Below are positions 38,138 through 46,781 of a DNA stretch of 64,000 bases, one piece after another. The notes under the pieces are model-generated. The model was not told the DNA's origin. It did no database searches and saw only the letters and a list, made by a program, of their open reading frames with translations. The stretch comes from a virus. Numbering within the stretch: position 1 is the stretch's first letter; each line of letters starts with the position of its first letter. The stretch is taken from positions 12,457 to 76,456 of IMG/VR virus record IMGVR_UViG_3300043446_004488; one strand, given 5' to 3'. A program made the translations under genes and the position numbers.

Positions 38138-38579
38138 ATAAGTTTGGATAAGCATGGTCAAAGTTTCTCATAATAATTGAAGCTCTTGCACTTGCTTCAT
38201 TCTCTGTAGGACTTCCTGTTTCTCCAGTTCCATGAACTCCAGTCACATGTTGATGATAGTGACAAAGTTCATGTGCAAGAGTTCTAAGTGCATCAATAGG
38301 ATGTCTATTTTCTACATTCACTACAATTCTATTCTTCTTACTAGTTTGTCCAAATGTACTTTGAACCTGACTAAACCCAGAATCTTTGACTACTGTGATT
38401 CCAGGAATATCTTCCACATGAAGTCCATCTTTTCCATTATGAAAATGTAGAGGTGGAATAGATTTTAATTTTAATTCTTTCAAAACAAATGGAATAAATT
38501 TACGAACAAGTTCTTGAAATTGTTTCATACTTGTTCTTTTGTCAGTTGCTTCTGATAAAAACTGATTAAAAGTTTTCAT
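38118..38579 (-). CDS. HExxH metallopeptidase-like protein with T4-type capsid-targeting N-terminus
   Basis: Start moved to MKTFNQFLSEA (ATGA overlap with lysozyme stop); TLAHELCH...ENEA. Confidence 0.7.
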   Translation of the reverse strand: MKTFNQFLSEATDKRTSMKQFQELVRKFIPFVLKELKLKSIPPLHFHNGKDGLHVEDIPGITVVKDSGFSQVQSTFGQTSKKNRIVVNVENRHPIDALRTLAHELCHYHQHVTGVHGTGETGSPTENEASARASIIMRNFDHAYPNLFKLPPL

Positions 38580-39223
38580 CTTTTCCAAAGTTCTCCTTCT
38601 GCTTTTCGTCTACGAGCAAGTCCTTTTTCCACATTACTTCCAGGATTTCTATAAAGATATAATGCTTCAGGAACTTTGTCCCATTCTTTATTATTTAATA
38701 CTTTGGTTATGGTATTAAAATTGGGATTCCCAAAGAAATTAGCACCAAGATTATAAGCAAAAGATAAAAGTGCTCCTTGTTGATTTTCATTCATTTCATT
38801 CCAATGAGGAATTTTTTTAAGTGATGGAAGATAATCTTTACGAAGTTGATAATAAAGTAAGTCATCTGCTTCTGCCTGACTAATCTTATTACCAATCATA
38901 AAACGTGTTCCATCCTTTCTACGAGTAGAACCCCACCCTATAGTAATTGGAAGTCCTCCTGTATGAGGGTCATAATAGGCAGAGAGCACACATCCCTCAA
39001 ACTCTTTGATAAGATAGATTCCTGGCTCTGAAAGACCTTCTAGAGTAGGTTCTATTGATTCATTGCGATACAATCTTGCAAACTCATCCAAAACTTCTTT
39101 ATGGACAGTTGCCTGAAGAAAATTCCAGGCATCAATTTGATGTGGAAGATCTTTATGATTTTTTACTGCGTCAATAAATTTGATAGTCATAATCAACCTA
39201 TAATAGAGTTTTCCAATCTTCAA
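38576..39223 (-). CDS. GH24 phage lysozyme (endolysin-like)
   Basis: IKEFEG...AYYD...TIGWG...ALLSFAYNLG...GLARRRKAE. Confidence 0.9.
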   Translation of the reverse strand: MKIGKLYYRLIMTIKFIDAVKNHKDLPHQIDAWNFLQATVHKEVLDEFARLYRNESIEPTLEGLSEPGIYLIKEFEGCVLSAYYDPHTGGLPITIGWGSTRRKDGTRFMIGNKISQAEADDLLYYQLRKDYLPSLKKIPHWNEMNENQQGALLSFAYNLGANFFGNPNFNTITKVLNNKEWDKVPEALYLYRNPGSNVEKGLARRRKAEGELWKR

Positions 39224-39231
39224 TCATATTT

Positions 39232-39909
39232 TCATGTGCCGCCACGTGATTCATCATGACCATACCAATCTGATTTTATTCTTCCTCTAAGCCCAGCACC
39301 TCCTCTTTTAGTTGGACCCTTTTGAGTTGTTCTCATAGTCACTTCACCAGTTTTACGATTTATTCTTTCTAGTGGTTGTCCTTCTCTACCAAGAGCAATT
39401 CTTCGTGCTAAAGGAGTTCCTTTGGCAAGTGCTATCTCTTTTCTTGGACCAGTCAATTCTTCAACAATATCCTTCCTCCACTCTTCACTCATATTCACCA
39501 TAATTGCTTTTGCTGCTTCTGGTGTTTCAGCATATCCTTCATCAAGTAAGTGTGAAAGGATGATGTCGTAAATATCTACTTCTTCTTTGTTGAGTTCCGC
39601 AGCACGTCTTTTTGCTTTGTTTCCACTACCTCTATCTGCTTCATAACCAGGCCAATCAGTTTTTCTTTCTCCTTTATCTTCTTCCCCTCCTCTTTTAGTT
39701 GGTGCCTTTGTGGTTGTTCTCATAGTTACATTACCACTACGATTTCTTCTTTCTACTGGTTGCCCTTCCTTTCCACTAGCAACCCTGTTTGCTAAATATC
39801 CTCCCTTTTCTAAGGCTCTTTTCTTTCTTTCACCAGTCAGTTCTTCATCAAGTTCCTGATAAACTTCCAAATATGCTTCTTGAAGACTACGAAGTTCTTG
39901 TGAGTCCAT
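39232..39909 (-). CDS. Charged low-complexity protein with internal duplication (possible internal head protein)
   Basis: DIYDIILSHLLDEGYAET...MSEEW motif flanked by two ~55-aa similar repeats; ATAAATA upstream. Confidence 0.65.
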   Translation of the reverse strand: MDSQELRSLQEAYLEVYQELDEELTGERKKRALEKGGYLANRVASGKEGQPVERRNRSGNVTMRTTTKAPTKRGGEEDKGERKTDWPGYEADRGSGNKAKRRAAELNKEEVDIYDIILSHLLDEGYAETPEAAKAIMVNMSEEWRKDIVEELTGPRKEIALAKGTPLARRIALGREGQPLERINRKTGEVTMRTTQKGPTKRGGAGLRGRIKSDWYGHDESRGGT

Positions 39910-39935
39910 TTTATTAATACTTTTTATAATTTTAT

Positions 39936-40631
39936 TTATAATTTAAAAATACGTCCCCAACCAGTTTTATCTTTACCATTAGACAACCAACGATGTTGAA
40001 GATCTGATTTCTTATACACAGCACCTTTACCATTTGTAACTGCGCCAGTATATCCATCATTCAAAGAACCATAAGGATCATTGACTACATAATCTTCACC
40101 TTTCTTACCTATCACTACAACCATGTGACCGCCAGTAGGAGCAGATAAAGTGCCCCTATGCAAAATGCCGATAACCACAGGTCTCCCAGAAGAAAGCTCA
40201 CGATCAAGGTCAGAAAACCCAAGATTATACCTAAACTCAGAGTTAACTTTATAATCTCTAAGAACACGGGTTTGCACATCATGATTTGTTGTGTCACCGA
40301 TGGCAAACACCTTTTCAATGTATGCATCATCTCCCTTTGCTCCTTTTAGAGTACCTGGTCTCAGAAACTCAAGGCACATTGCACAAGAAGATGAATTACA
40401 GGTTCGACTTGCATCTCTGTAATTATCTGTCTGTGGAAAATAAGGAACACCCAAAATTCCAGGAATGACTGGTTCTACTTTAGTCCTAAAAACTCTAACC
40501 CAGTTAGCACTATCATCCAGAATATATGCTAACTTAGATCCAAGTTCTTTTTCAAGTTCTTCTACTGCAGCAACGTGTTTGGGATTTTTTTCATCATAAA
40601 ATTGAAAAAAGTTATGCAGATCAACTTTCAT
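39936..40631 (-). CDS. C39-like cysteine peptidase (lysin-like)
   Basis: VPYFPQ...TCNSSSCAM...GHMVV...NDPYG catalytic Q/C/H/D. Confidence 0.8.
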   Translation of the reverse strand: MKVDLHNFFQFYDEKNPKHVAAVEELEKELGSKLAYILDDSANWVRVFRTKVEPVIPGILGVPYFPQTDNYRDASRTCNSSSCAMCLEFLRPGTLKGAKGDDAYIEKVFAIGDTTNHDVQTRVLRDYKVNSEFRYNLGFSDLDRELSSGRPVVIGILHRGTLSAPTGGHMVVVIGKKGEDYVVNDPYGSLNDGYTGAVTNGKGAVYKKSDLQHRWLSNGKDKTGWGRIFKL

Positions 40632-40761
40632 TTGAATACAAAATTCTATATTTTATTTAGATAAAGATGCTTGTATTACTAATATTATTAATACAATTAC
40701 AAAATAAACTAGAAAAATAGATAGCATGATTGCTTTTAATTTAGTGCTAATTTTATGATAA

Positions 40762-41385
40762 TTAAAAAATCAAATTCATAAAATATTTAAAAGTTTGATA
40801 ATCTTTTTTATAAAATTTTTTTATATATTTTTTTATTTTGGGATTTAATTCGTATTCATTTTTTATTTCCCATTCAAATTTTTTATAATTTACTTCTTGT
40901 AGTTTTAATTTAATTTTAGTTTTATTAAAAACCCATTTTAAAAAATTATCTCCAAATCCCCATTCATATTTCCAATAATGGGTTTTTGGAGAAATAAATT
41001 TATGTTGAGGAAGAAACCAATTATTATGATAACTATTATTTTTTATTTCACAATCTATAAATTTTAAAAATGAATTCTCATCAGTAATGATGTTATTATA
41101 ATCTATTCTATGAGAAGAATTCATACTTTTAATAGAAGAAACAAATTTATCAAAAGGATTTCTAACAACTGTTATGTGAGGTATGGAGTTTACATCAAAA
41201 TATTGAGTATATAATGGATAGTGTAAATGAGTAACATCAATGTTATTAATTCTCAAAGTATGAATTTTATGATATTCACATTCCATATCATCAGAATTTT
41301 GAAATAAGGAAGATACATATCTTCCACCAGTTCTAGGAATGTGAATAAAATAACAACTATTATTTCCTTGAGTAAATATTGCCAT
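40762..41385 (-). CDS. Sulfotransferase family 2-like protein
   Basis: FIHIPRTGG, VRNPFDKFVS motifs. Confidence 0.75.
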   Translation of the reverse strand: MAIFTQGNNSCYFIHIPRTGGRYVSSLFQNSDDMECEYHKIHTLRINNIDVTHLHYPLYTQYFDVNSIPHITVVRNPFDKFVSSIKSMNSSHRIDYNNIITDENSFLKFIDCEIKNNSYHNNWFLPQHKFISPKTHYWKYEWGFGDNFLKWVFNKTKIKLKLQEVNYKKFEWEIKNEYELNPKIKKYIKKFYKKDYQTFKYFMNLIF

Positions 41386-41400
41386 TATAATATTTAACTA

Positions 41401-41940
41401 TTAAACTTCTGCAAGCTCTCTAGTTTTAGTTTTCAAATAAAACATTACTGCTTCTGGTGTAGATGCCTCATAAGGATCATCAGAAGAATTATCACATTTT
41501 CCAGTTTCTTCAAAAAGTTTTTCAATTATACCATCATCTACCACAGCAGCATATCGCCAAGAACGCTCACCAAAACCAAGATTGGTCTTGGCAACGAGTT
41601 GACCCATAGAGCGAGTGAAGTAAGCGTTACCATCGGGAATAAGTTTTACGTTTTGAATGTTTTGGTCTTGTGCCCAAGCGTTCATCACAAAACCATCATT
41701 GACTGAAATGCAGTAGATTTCATCAATACCAAGTGCTTTAAATTCTTCATACTTTTCTTCAAATCCAGGAAGTTGGTAAGCAGAGCAAGTAGGAGTAAAA
41801 GCACCAGGAAGTGAGAAAATCACTACACGCTTGCCTTTAAAAAGTTCAAAGGAATTGCGAGTTACAAACTCACCAGATTCACGAAATACAAATTGAACTT
41901 GAGGAATTTCGTATCCTTCTTTACGCATAGAAATCTCCAT
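41401..41940 (-). CDS. Peroxiredoxin (type II/Prx5-like)
   Basis: PGAFTPTCS, SVNDGFVMNAW, RSWRYA. Confidence 0.9.
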   Translation of the reverse strand: MEISMRKEGYEIPQVQFVFRESGEFVTRNSFELFKGKRVVIFSLPGAFTPTCSAYQLPGFEEKYEEFKALGIDEIYCISVNDGFVMNAWAQDQNIQNVKLIPDGNAYFTRSMGQLVAKTNLGFGERSWRYAAVVDDGIIEKLFEETGKCDNSSDDPYEASTPEAVMFYLKTKTRELAEV

Positions 41941-41953
41941 ATCTATATACAGT

Positions 41954-42457
41954 TTATTTTAATTTAAGTCCTAAAACTAACACTCTTTTGTTTGAAAAAG
42001 TTTTATTAGCACTGTGATAAATTGTTGAGGAAAACATTATACTCTTTCCTTTTTCAGGGAAACAAGTGTGTGTAATGTTTCTTTTTTGGTTTATATAAAA
42101 TAATGTTTCACCGTCTTCACAAGTATTTAAATATACAATAATCGAAAAATCTTCATTATGATCATGTTTATGTAATTGTTGATGTCTATTATTTTTATAT
42201 TCAATTAAATGTGACCAATGATAATAAAGATTAGTTTCGCATTTTTTTTCAATTTTATTTTTCAAAATATTCAAATAATGTTCAACATCTTTATCATCAA
42301 AATTTAGCATATTACAGGTTTGAATGCCATTAATAGTTGCTGAACTATTTTCTGGGATAAAAAAATTTTTATTTGATTTATAAAAATCTAATTTGTCATT
42401 AAAAAAATCTATGATATCATTATCAACAAAAAATTCATAATAATATGGAAGATCCAT
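41954..42457 (-). CDS. 2OG-Fe(II) oxygenase
   Basis: HKH, YLN...GET, H, R motifs. Confidence 0.7.
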   Translation of the reverse strand: MDLPYYYEFFVDNDIIDFFNDKLDFYKSNKNFFIPENSSATINGIQTCNMLNFDDKDVEHYLNILKNKIEKKCETNLYYHWSHLIEYKNNRHQQLHKHDHNEDFSIIVYLNTCEDGETLFYINQKRNITHTCFPEKGKSIMFSSTIYHSANKTFSNKRVLVLGLKLK

Positions 42458-42460
42458 TTA

Positions 42461-42580
42461 TCAAAATACACCAGGAATGATTTGACCAGTGGTAAGATAA
42501 GAAGCAGCAGCTGCAACAAATCCAATCATAGCAGCACGACCATTCAATTTTTCAGCAGCTTCAGAAAAGATTTTTCCCAT
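42461..42580 (-). CDS. hli: High-light-inducible protein (39 aa)
   Basis: Read manually: AEKLNGRAAMIGF...TTGQIIPGVF. Confidence 0.9.
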   Translation of the reverse strand: MGKIFSEAAEKLNGRAAMIGFVAAAASYLTTGQIIPGVF

Positions 42581-42581
42581 T

Positions 42582-42854
42582 TTAGTTTTCTCCATTATAG
42601 GAATGTTGTTGTTTAAGTTCAGGATTAGGTTGAGAAAAAACCATAGGACTTCTGGTTTTATTTTTGATAACTATAAAAGCATCATTTTGATAGGTTATAG
42701 TTCCAAATGGTTTTGCCCATTTTGCATTAGCATTTGGATGAGTCGCAGTTCCTGTAACTGCTACACCACCAATTTCTACAGAGAGTTCATCGTCAGCACT
42801 CCATCCAAGTTTTTGAATAGCAAGAGAAAATTGCCCTAGCATTCCAGCACTCAC
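42582..42854 (-). CDS. Conserved cyanophage hypothetical protein
   Basis: 90-aa ORF coupled to petF. Confidence 0.65.
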   Translation of the reverse strand: MSAGMLGQFSLAIQKLGWSADDELSVEIGGVAVTGTATHPNANAKWAKPFGTITYQNDAFIVIKNKTRSPMVFSQPNPELKQQHSYNGEN

Positions 42855-43144
42855 AGATTCTCCTCCTGTTCAGTCAGGATGACGCAATCGGACTTGGGAT
42901 ATGCCACACAAAGGAGAGAAAATCCATCTGCCATTTGGTCATCATCAAGAAAAGATTGTTCTTCATTATCAATTTCACCAGACACAACCTTTCCAGCACA
43001 AGAGGAACAAGCACCAGCCTTACATGAGTAAGGGAGGTCTAGTCCTGCTTCCTCTGCTGCCTCAAGAATGTATTGGTCTTCAGGGCATTCAATCGTAGTT
43101 GAGGTTCCGTCAGGAGATTGAAGAGTGACTTGATAAGTTGCCAT
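42851..43144 (-). CDS. petF: Plant-type 2Fe-2S ferredoxin
   Basis: [13 protein letters not shown]...LLCVAYP. Confidence 0.95.
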   Translation of the reverse strand: MATYQVTLQSPDGTSTTIECPEDQYILEAAEEAGLDLPYSCKAGACSSCAGKVVSGEIDNEEQSFLDDDQMADGFSLLCVAYPKSDCVILTEQEENL

Positions 43145-43149
43145 AAAAT

Positions 43150-43236
43150 TTAGTAGGTTTCAGCAAGTTGTTCTATAGAATAACACAGAAGCACGAAGAA
43201 TGCAACTGAGGTAATGGTCCAAATTGCTTCAGTCAT
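43150..43236 (-). CDS. Single-pass membrane micropeptide (28 aa)
   Basis: [28 protein letters not shown] exactly fills the hli-petF gap (TGATG coupling). Confidence 0.6.
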   Translation of the reverse strand: MTEAIWTITSVAFFVLLCYSIEQLAETY

Positions 43237-43430
43237 CAGAAGATACCGAAGAAGAAGTTGCCAGTGATAGCATAAGAAATGATACCAGCAACAAAGCCGA
43301 CCATTGCCCAACGTCCATTAGTACGCTCCTTAATTTCATTAGGGGTTAGAAGTCCATAATTTTCATAATACATCGTGGGCTCTTTTGCGAACATATTCAT
43401 TTGTCCACGATCATTGGTTGTAACAGTCAT
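43236..43430 (-). CDS. hli: High-light-inducible protein
   Basis: NMFAKEP...ERTNGRWAMVGF...FFFGIF. Confidence 0.9.
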   Translation of the reverse strand: MTVTTNDRGQMNMFAKEPTMYYENYGLLTPNEIKERTNGRWAMVGFVAGIISYAITGNFFFGIF

Positions 43431-43474
43431 TTGAATTTTATGAAGAACTGTAACATTATATAGGAAATCTAAAG

Positions 43475-43503
43475 AAAAAACAAGGGGGGAAACTCCCCCT
43501 TGT
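43475..43503 (-). terminator. Intrinsic terminator
   Basis: CAAGGGGG-loop-CCCCCTTG + T run. Confidence 0.75.
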
Positions 43504-43544
43504 CAGAAAATCCTAACTTTGTTAGGTATAAATTACTACTGAAA

Positions 43545-44027
43545 TCAATCACTCAAATATTTAAGTCCCATCATCACTCGACTTTGTTCAATATTTTGAG
43601 ATGCTCCCAAGAACTCACCATACACTTTCAGTCTTGGAGTTCCATATTCAACCCCAGTAATAATGAATGGATTTTTGATTACAGTTCCATCTTTTTCTTT
43701 AGTATCAAAATCTTCGTGGTGAATGGAAGCACCCACATAAGCAGTAGTTTTTTCATTCATAGGGATAAGATACTTTACTCCAACGTGACTGAATCCCCAA
43801 TCAGTATCATCAGGAATACTACTGATGTGTTCAGCAAAAACCCTGACTTTCTTTTTGATATCATATTGAATTCCCATAACACCACCTGGATTTTGGAACT
43901 CAATTTTGTTTGGGTCTGAGTATCCCACATTAATTCCAACATAACTATTGATTGGTGTGAGATGCCCCACCAATTGAGTTCCAGCAAGAATAGCCCATCC
44001 ATACCAGGGCATCAAGAAAACAGACAT
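43545..44027 (-). CDS. Putative small outer-membrane beta-barrel protein
   Basis: Start moved to MSVFLMPW (longer version crosses pstS terminator); alternating hydrophobic beta-strands, two similar halves each ending GxKY. Confidence 0.55.
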   Translation of the reverse strand: MSVFLMPWYGWAILAGTQLVGHLTPINSYVGINVGYSDPNKIEFQNPGGVMGIQYDIKKKVRVFAEHISSIPDDTDWGFSHVGVKYLIPMNEKTTAYVGASIHHEDFDTKEKDGTVIKNPFIITGVEYGTPRLKVYGEFLGASQNIEQSRVMMGLKYLSD

Positions 44028-44060
44028 AATAACGAAGGTATCTGAAAGGATTATAGATGG

Positions 44061-44086
44061 AAAAGGGGGGTCATGACAACCCCCCA
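44061..44086 (-). terminator. pstS terminator
   Basis: GGGGGG...CCCCCC stem followed by TTTT. Confidence 0.7.
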
Positions 44087-44091
44087 TCATA

Positions 44092-45057
44092 TTATTCTTT
44101 GATTTGATTAACCGCTGCTTGTGCCTTTGCCTGAATAGCATCCTTGAGAGGGACATAACCCAGATCATCAGCAAGTGCCTGTGCCTTATCACTCAACATA
44201 TAATTGATTACATCTTTGATAGCATCAGTCTTAGCACCATTACCAGTTCTATAGGCAAGTAGATAGGTCAGAGTAGCAATTGGATACGCACCTTGGGCAG
44301 AAGGATTTGGATTTTGTCCTGATAGGTTTTTATCCAAAACAATACCACTCAATGCCTTAGCACCAGAAGCATAGTTAGGTAGTACAAATTCACCCGACTT
44401 GTTCTGAACTGCTGCTGCTTTGATTTTCCCCTTTACAAAAGATTGATTGAGATATCCAATAGAACCAGAAGTTGTGGAGAGAACACCAGCAACACCATCA
44501 TTACCCTTAGCACCCACGCCAGTTTTCCAATTTACAGACTTAGCAGTTCCAAGTGTCCATTCTTTGGAGAATGCTTTGAGAGACTCTGTAAATGCAGCAG
44601 TCGTACCAGAACCATCGGAACGATACACAACATTGATTTTACCTGCGGGGCAACCAAGTTCTTTCCAATTATCAATGGAACCCATAAAAACTGATACTAC
44701 TTGCTTTTGGGTGAGTTTCAGTTTGCAAGAAGGATTGTTATAGGCAACTGCAATTGTTCCACCAACAATAGGAATTTGTACAACACCACGAGAAACCTTA
44801 GCACGGTCTTTATCACTAATTGGGTCGTCAGTAGCACCAAGAGCAACTGTCTGGTCAATAAATGCCTTACGACCACCACCAGAACCAATTGCCTGATAGT
44901 TCACCTTAGGACCGCCAGATTTAGCGAGGTTAGAGAACCAACGAGTGTAGATGGTTTCTGGGAATGTAGCACCAGCAACATTTAGTCTTACAGGTGCGGC
45001 AAATGCTGCTGCTGGTGTAAGAGCAAGAGCAACAGCAATAAAATTTTTGAGTTTCAT
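44092..45057 (-). CDS. pstS: Phosphate ABC transporter substrate-binding protein
   Basis: GATFP, GSGGG, RSDGSGTT, GNDGVA, YPI motifs. Confidence 0.95.
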   Translation of the reverse strand: MKLKNFIAVALALTPAAAFAAPVRLNVAGATFPETIYTRWFSNLAKSGGPKVNYQAIGSGGGRKAFIDQTVALGATDDPISDKDRAKVSRGVVQIPIVGGTIAVAYNNPSCKLKLTQKQVVSVFMGSIDNWKELGCPAGKINVVYRSDGSGTTAAFTESLKAFSKEWTLGTAKSVNWKTGVGAKGNDGVAGVLSTTSGSIGYLNQSFVKGKIKAAAVQNKSGEFVLPNYASGAKALSGIVLDKNLSGQNPNPSAQGAYPIATLTYLLAYRTGNGAKTDAIKDVINYMLSDKAQALADDLGYVPLKDAIQAKAQAAVNQIKE

Positions 45058-45093
45058 AAAAGTTTGTTTAGAAGTAAAATAGACTTCACAGAA

Positions 45094-45149
45094 ATCATAA
45101 GAAAATATGAAATAGAAGTCAACTAAGATTTGGTTAAAGAGTCTTTACC
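45094..45149 (-). promoter_or_regulatory. pstS promoter with Pho-box-like repeats
   Basis: TTTAACCA-N3-CTTAGTTG overlapping TTGACT-N17-TATGAT. Confidence 0.6.
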
Positions 45150-45156
45150 TAATCAT

Positions 45157-45183
45157 AAAAAAACCACCCAAAAATTGGGTGGT
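45157..45183 (-). terminator. Porin terminator
   Basis: ACCACCCAA-loop-TTGGGTGGT + T run. Confidence 0.75.
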
Positions 45184-45206
45184 AGTACTCATTTTGGGAG
45201 TGATTA

Positions 45207-46691
45207 TCAGAACCTGAAAGTGGTTTGAACAACTCCACCCCACTGCGATTCGTTTTGGAAACGCTGGTTGTTAGAGACATAGAACAGAGCAGGTGTGATG
45301 CTGATGTTATCAGACACACGATACTTGTAGAAGATTTCCACCATTTGGGCATCTTCACTAATGTTCTCAGAGTTTCCTGGTTGTCCAAAAGCAACACCAG
45401 CAGCATTGCCAGGAAGGAACACATCAGACCACTGAAGTCCAACCATCCAAGACTGAGAATTGGTAGCACCCTTTTTAGAAGAGTTGTAACCATCTACTTC
45501 ATTCACACCATATCCCAGAGAGATAGAAGGAATTGCCTTAGATTGAAGAGGTTGCCAATAGGCATTCAGAGCAACGCTGTTAGAAGTTTGACCTGCCACA
45601 AGAGCAGCAGAACCACCACCAAGAGCATTGAAGTTACGGAAACGAGTTCCCTCAGTTCCATAACGATAACCCACAGCAGCACCCCAGTTGGGAGCACGAT
45701 ATCCAACCTGAGCAAGGAAGTTTACGCCACCCTCCTCATTAAAGACACCCTTAGATGAGTCATTACCACTTTGAGCAACGTAGTTTACGTTGGCAACAAA
45801 GCCTCCTTGACCCTTGGGAACTTGTTGCTTCCATTGAGCACCAAATCCAGCACCAGTTGCCTTGTTATAGACACCTGAGGCACCACCAAGTTGGAAGAAG
45901 TCAAGGATATCCGACTTATAAGCAGAAGGAATCCAAGCCATTTCAGTATTACGAACCAGAGGTCCAGCAGTCAGAGTTACACTTTGACCAACTGGGAACT
46001 GATAATACAAACGATCAATGACTGCTTGATTGTCATAAGTTTCTGCTCTATCCAGTTTGAACAGAGAAGAACTTGAACCAAATGGATCAGAACTAAAGTT
46101 ACCAGAACGAATACGAGTGCGAAGCAGATCCTTACCAGTGAATGAAGTATCAAAATTAAGGCGGACATCATAGTTGAAGACGGTGTTGCCAACGTTTCCA
46201 CCATCATTCGTTTCTAGACCAGGAACTCCACCTAACATAAAGTTAACTTCACCCTTGAGTTTGGTAGTTGTAGAGAATTGAGTTGCCTCAAGTCTACCAA
46301 CTTTTGATTCCAAACCATCTACACGAGAAGTAAGAACTGTCAGTTCTACATCAAACTCTGCAAGAAGTTTGCTAAGTTCATCAGTTTTTTCAGTTACACG
46401 ATCCAAGCAAGCATTCAGAAGAGCAGCTGCTTCAAAGCGAGTCATTCCTTTTGAACCACCAAAGGTGCCATTAGGATAACCAGCAACGCAACCATAACGC
46501 TCTACCAGATTGCTAAGCGCCTGGTATGCCCAGTCAGTAGGACGAACATCACTAAATTGTGAAACACTTGTGACCTGTTCTTGAGAAGAGTATTGATTGA
46601 CACCCTCAAGGTTGAGGTCTGCAGCATTCACAGCAGGGGCAATCATTCCCAAAGCAACGGGTGCAAGCATCAGTTGTTTGAAGAATTTCAT
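45207..46691 (-). CDS. Cyanobacterial-type outer-membrane porin (SLH domain + OprB-like barrel)
   Basis: QVTSVSQFSDVRPTDWAYQAL...RYGCVAGYP, QFSTTTKLKG, TSFTGKDLL, terminal TTFRF. Confidence 0.95.
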   Translation of the reverse strand: MKFFKQLMLAPVALGMIAPAVNAADLNLEGVNQYSSQEQVTSVSQFSDVRPTDWAYQALSNLVERYGCVAGYPNGTFGGSKGMTRFEAAALLNACLDRVTEKTDELSKLLAEFDVELTVLTSRVDGLESKVGRLEATQFSTTTKLKGEVNFMLGGVPGLETNDGGNVGNTVFNYDVRLNFDTSFTGKDLLRTRIRSGNFSSDPFGSSSSLFKLDRAETYDNQAVIDRLYYQFPVGQSVTLTAGPLVRNTEMAWIPSAYKSDILDFFQLGGASGVYNKATGAGFGAQWKQQVPKGQGGFVANVNYVAQSGNDSSKGVFNEEGGVNFLAQVGYRAPNWGAAVGYRYGTEGTRFRNFNALGGGSAALVAGQTSNSVALNAYWQPLQSKAIPSISLGYGVNEVDGYNSSKKGATNSQSWMVGLQWSDVFLPGNAAGVAFGQPGNSENISEDAQMVEIFYKYRVSDNISITPALFYVSNNQRFQNESQWGGVVQTTFRF

Positions 46692-46717
46692 AGATTTTGT
46701 TTTTAATAAACTACAAT

Positions 46718-46781
46718 GTTAAGAATTATAAAAAATTCTTAACTCAATATTTATCATATTATATTTTTTTTATTTTGTCAA
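46718..46781 (-). promoter_or_regulatory. Porin composite promoter and operator-like palindrome
   Basis: TTGACA-N17-TATGAT overlapping ATAAATA, then GTTAAGAA-N10-TTCTTAAC, as at psbA. Confidence 0.75.

Noticed and set aside
44028-44192. N-terminal extension of ORF 43545-44192
   Set aside because: Overlaps the pstS end and its terminator; the start at 44027 is more plausible.
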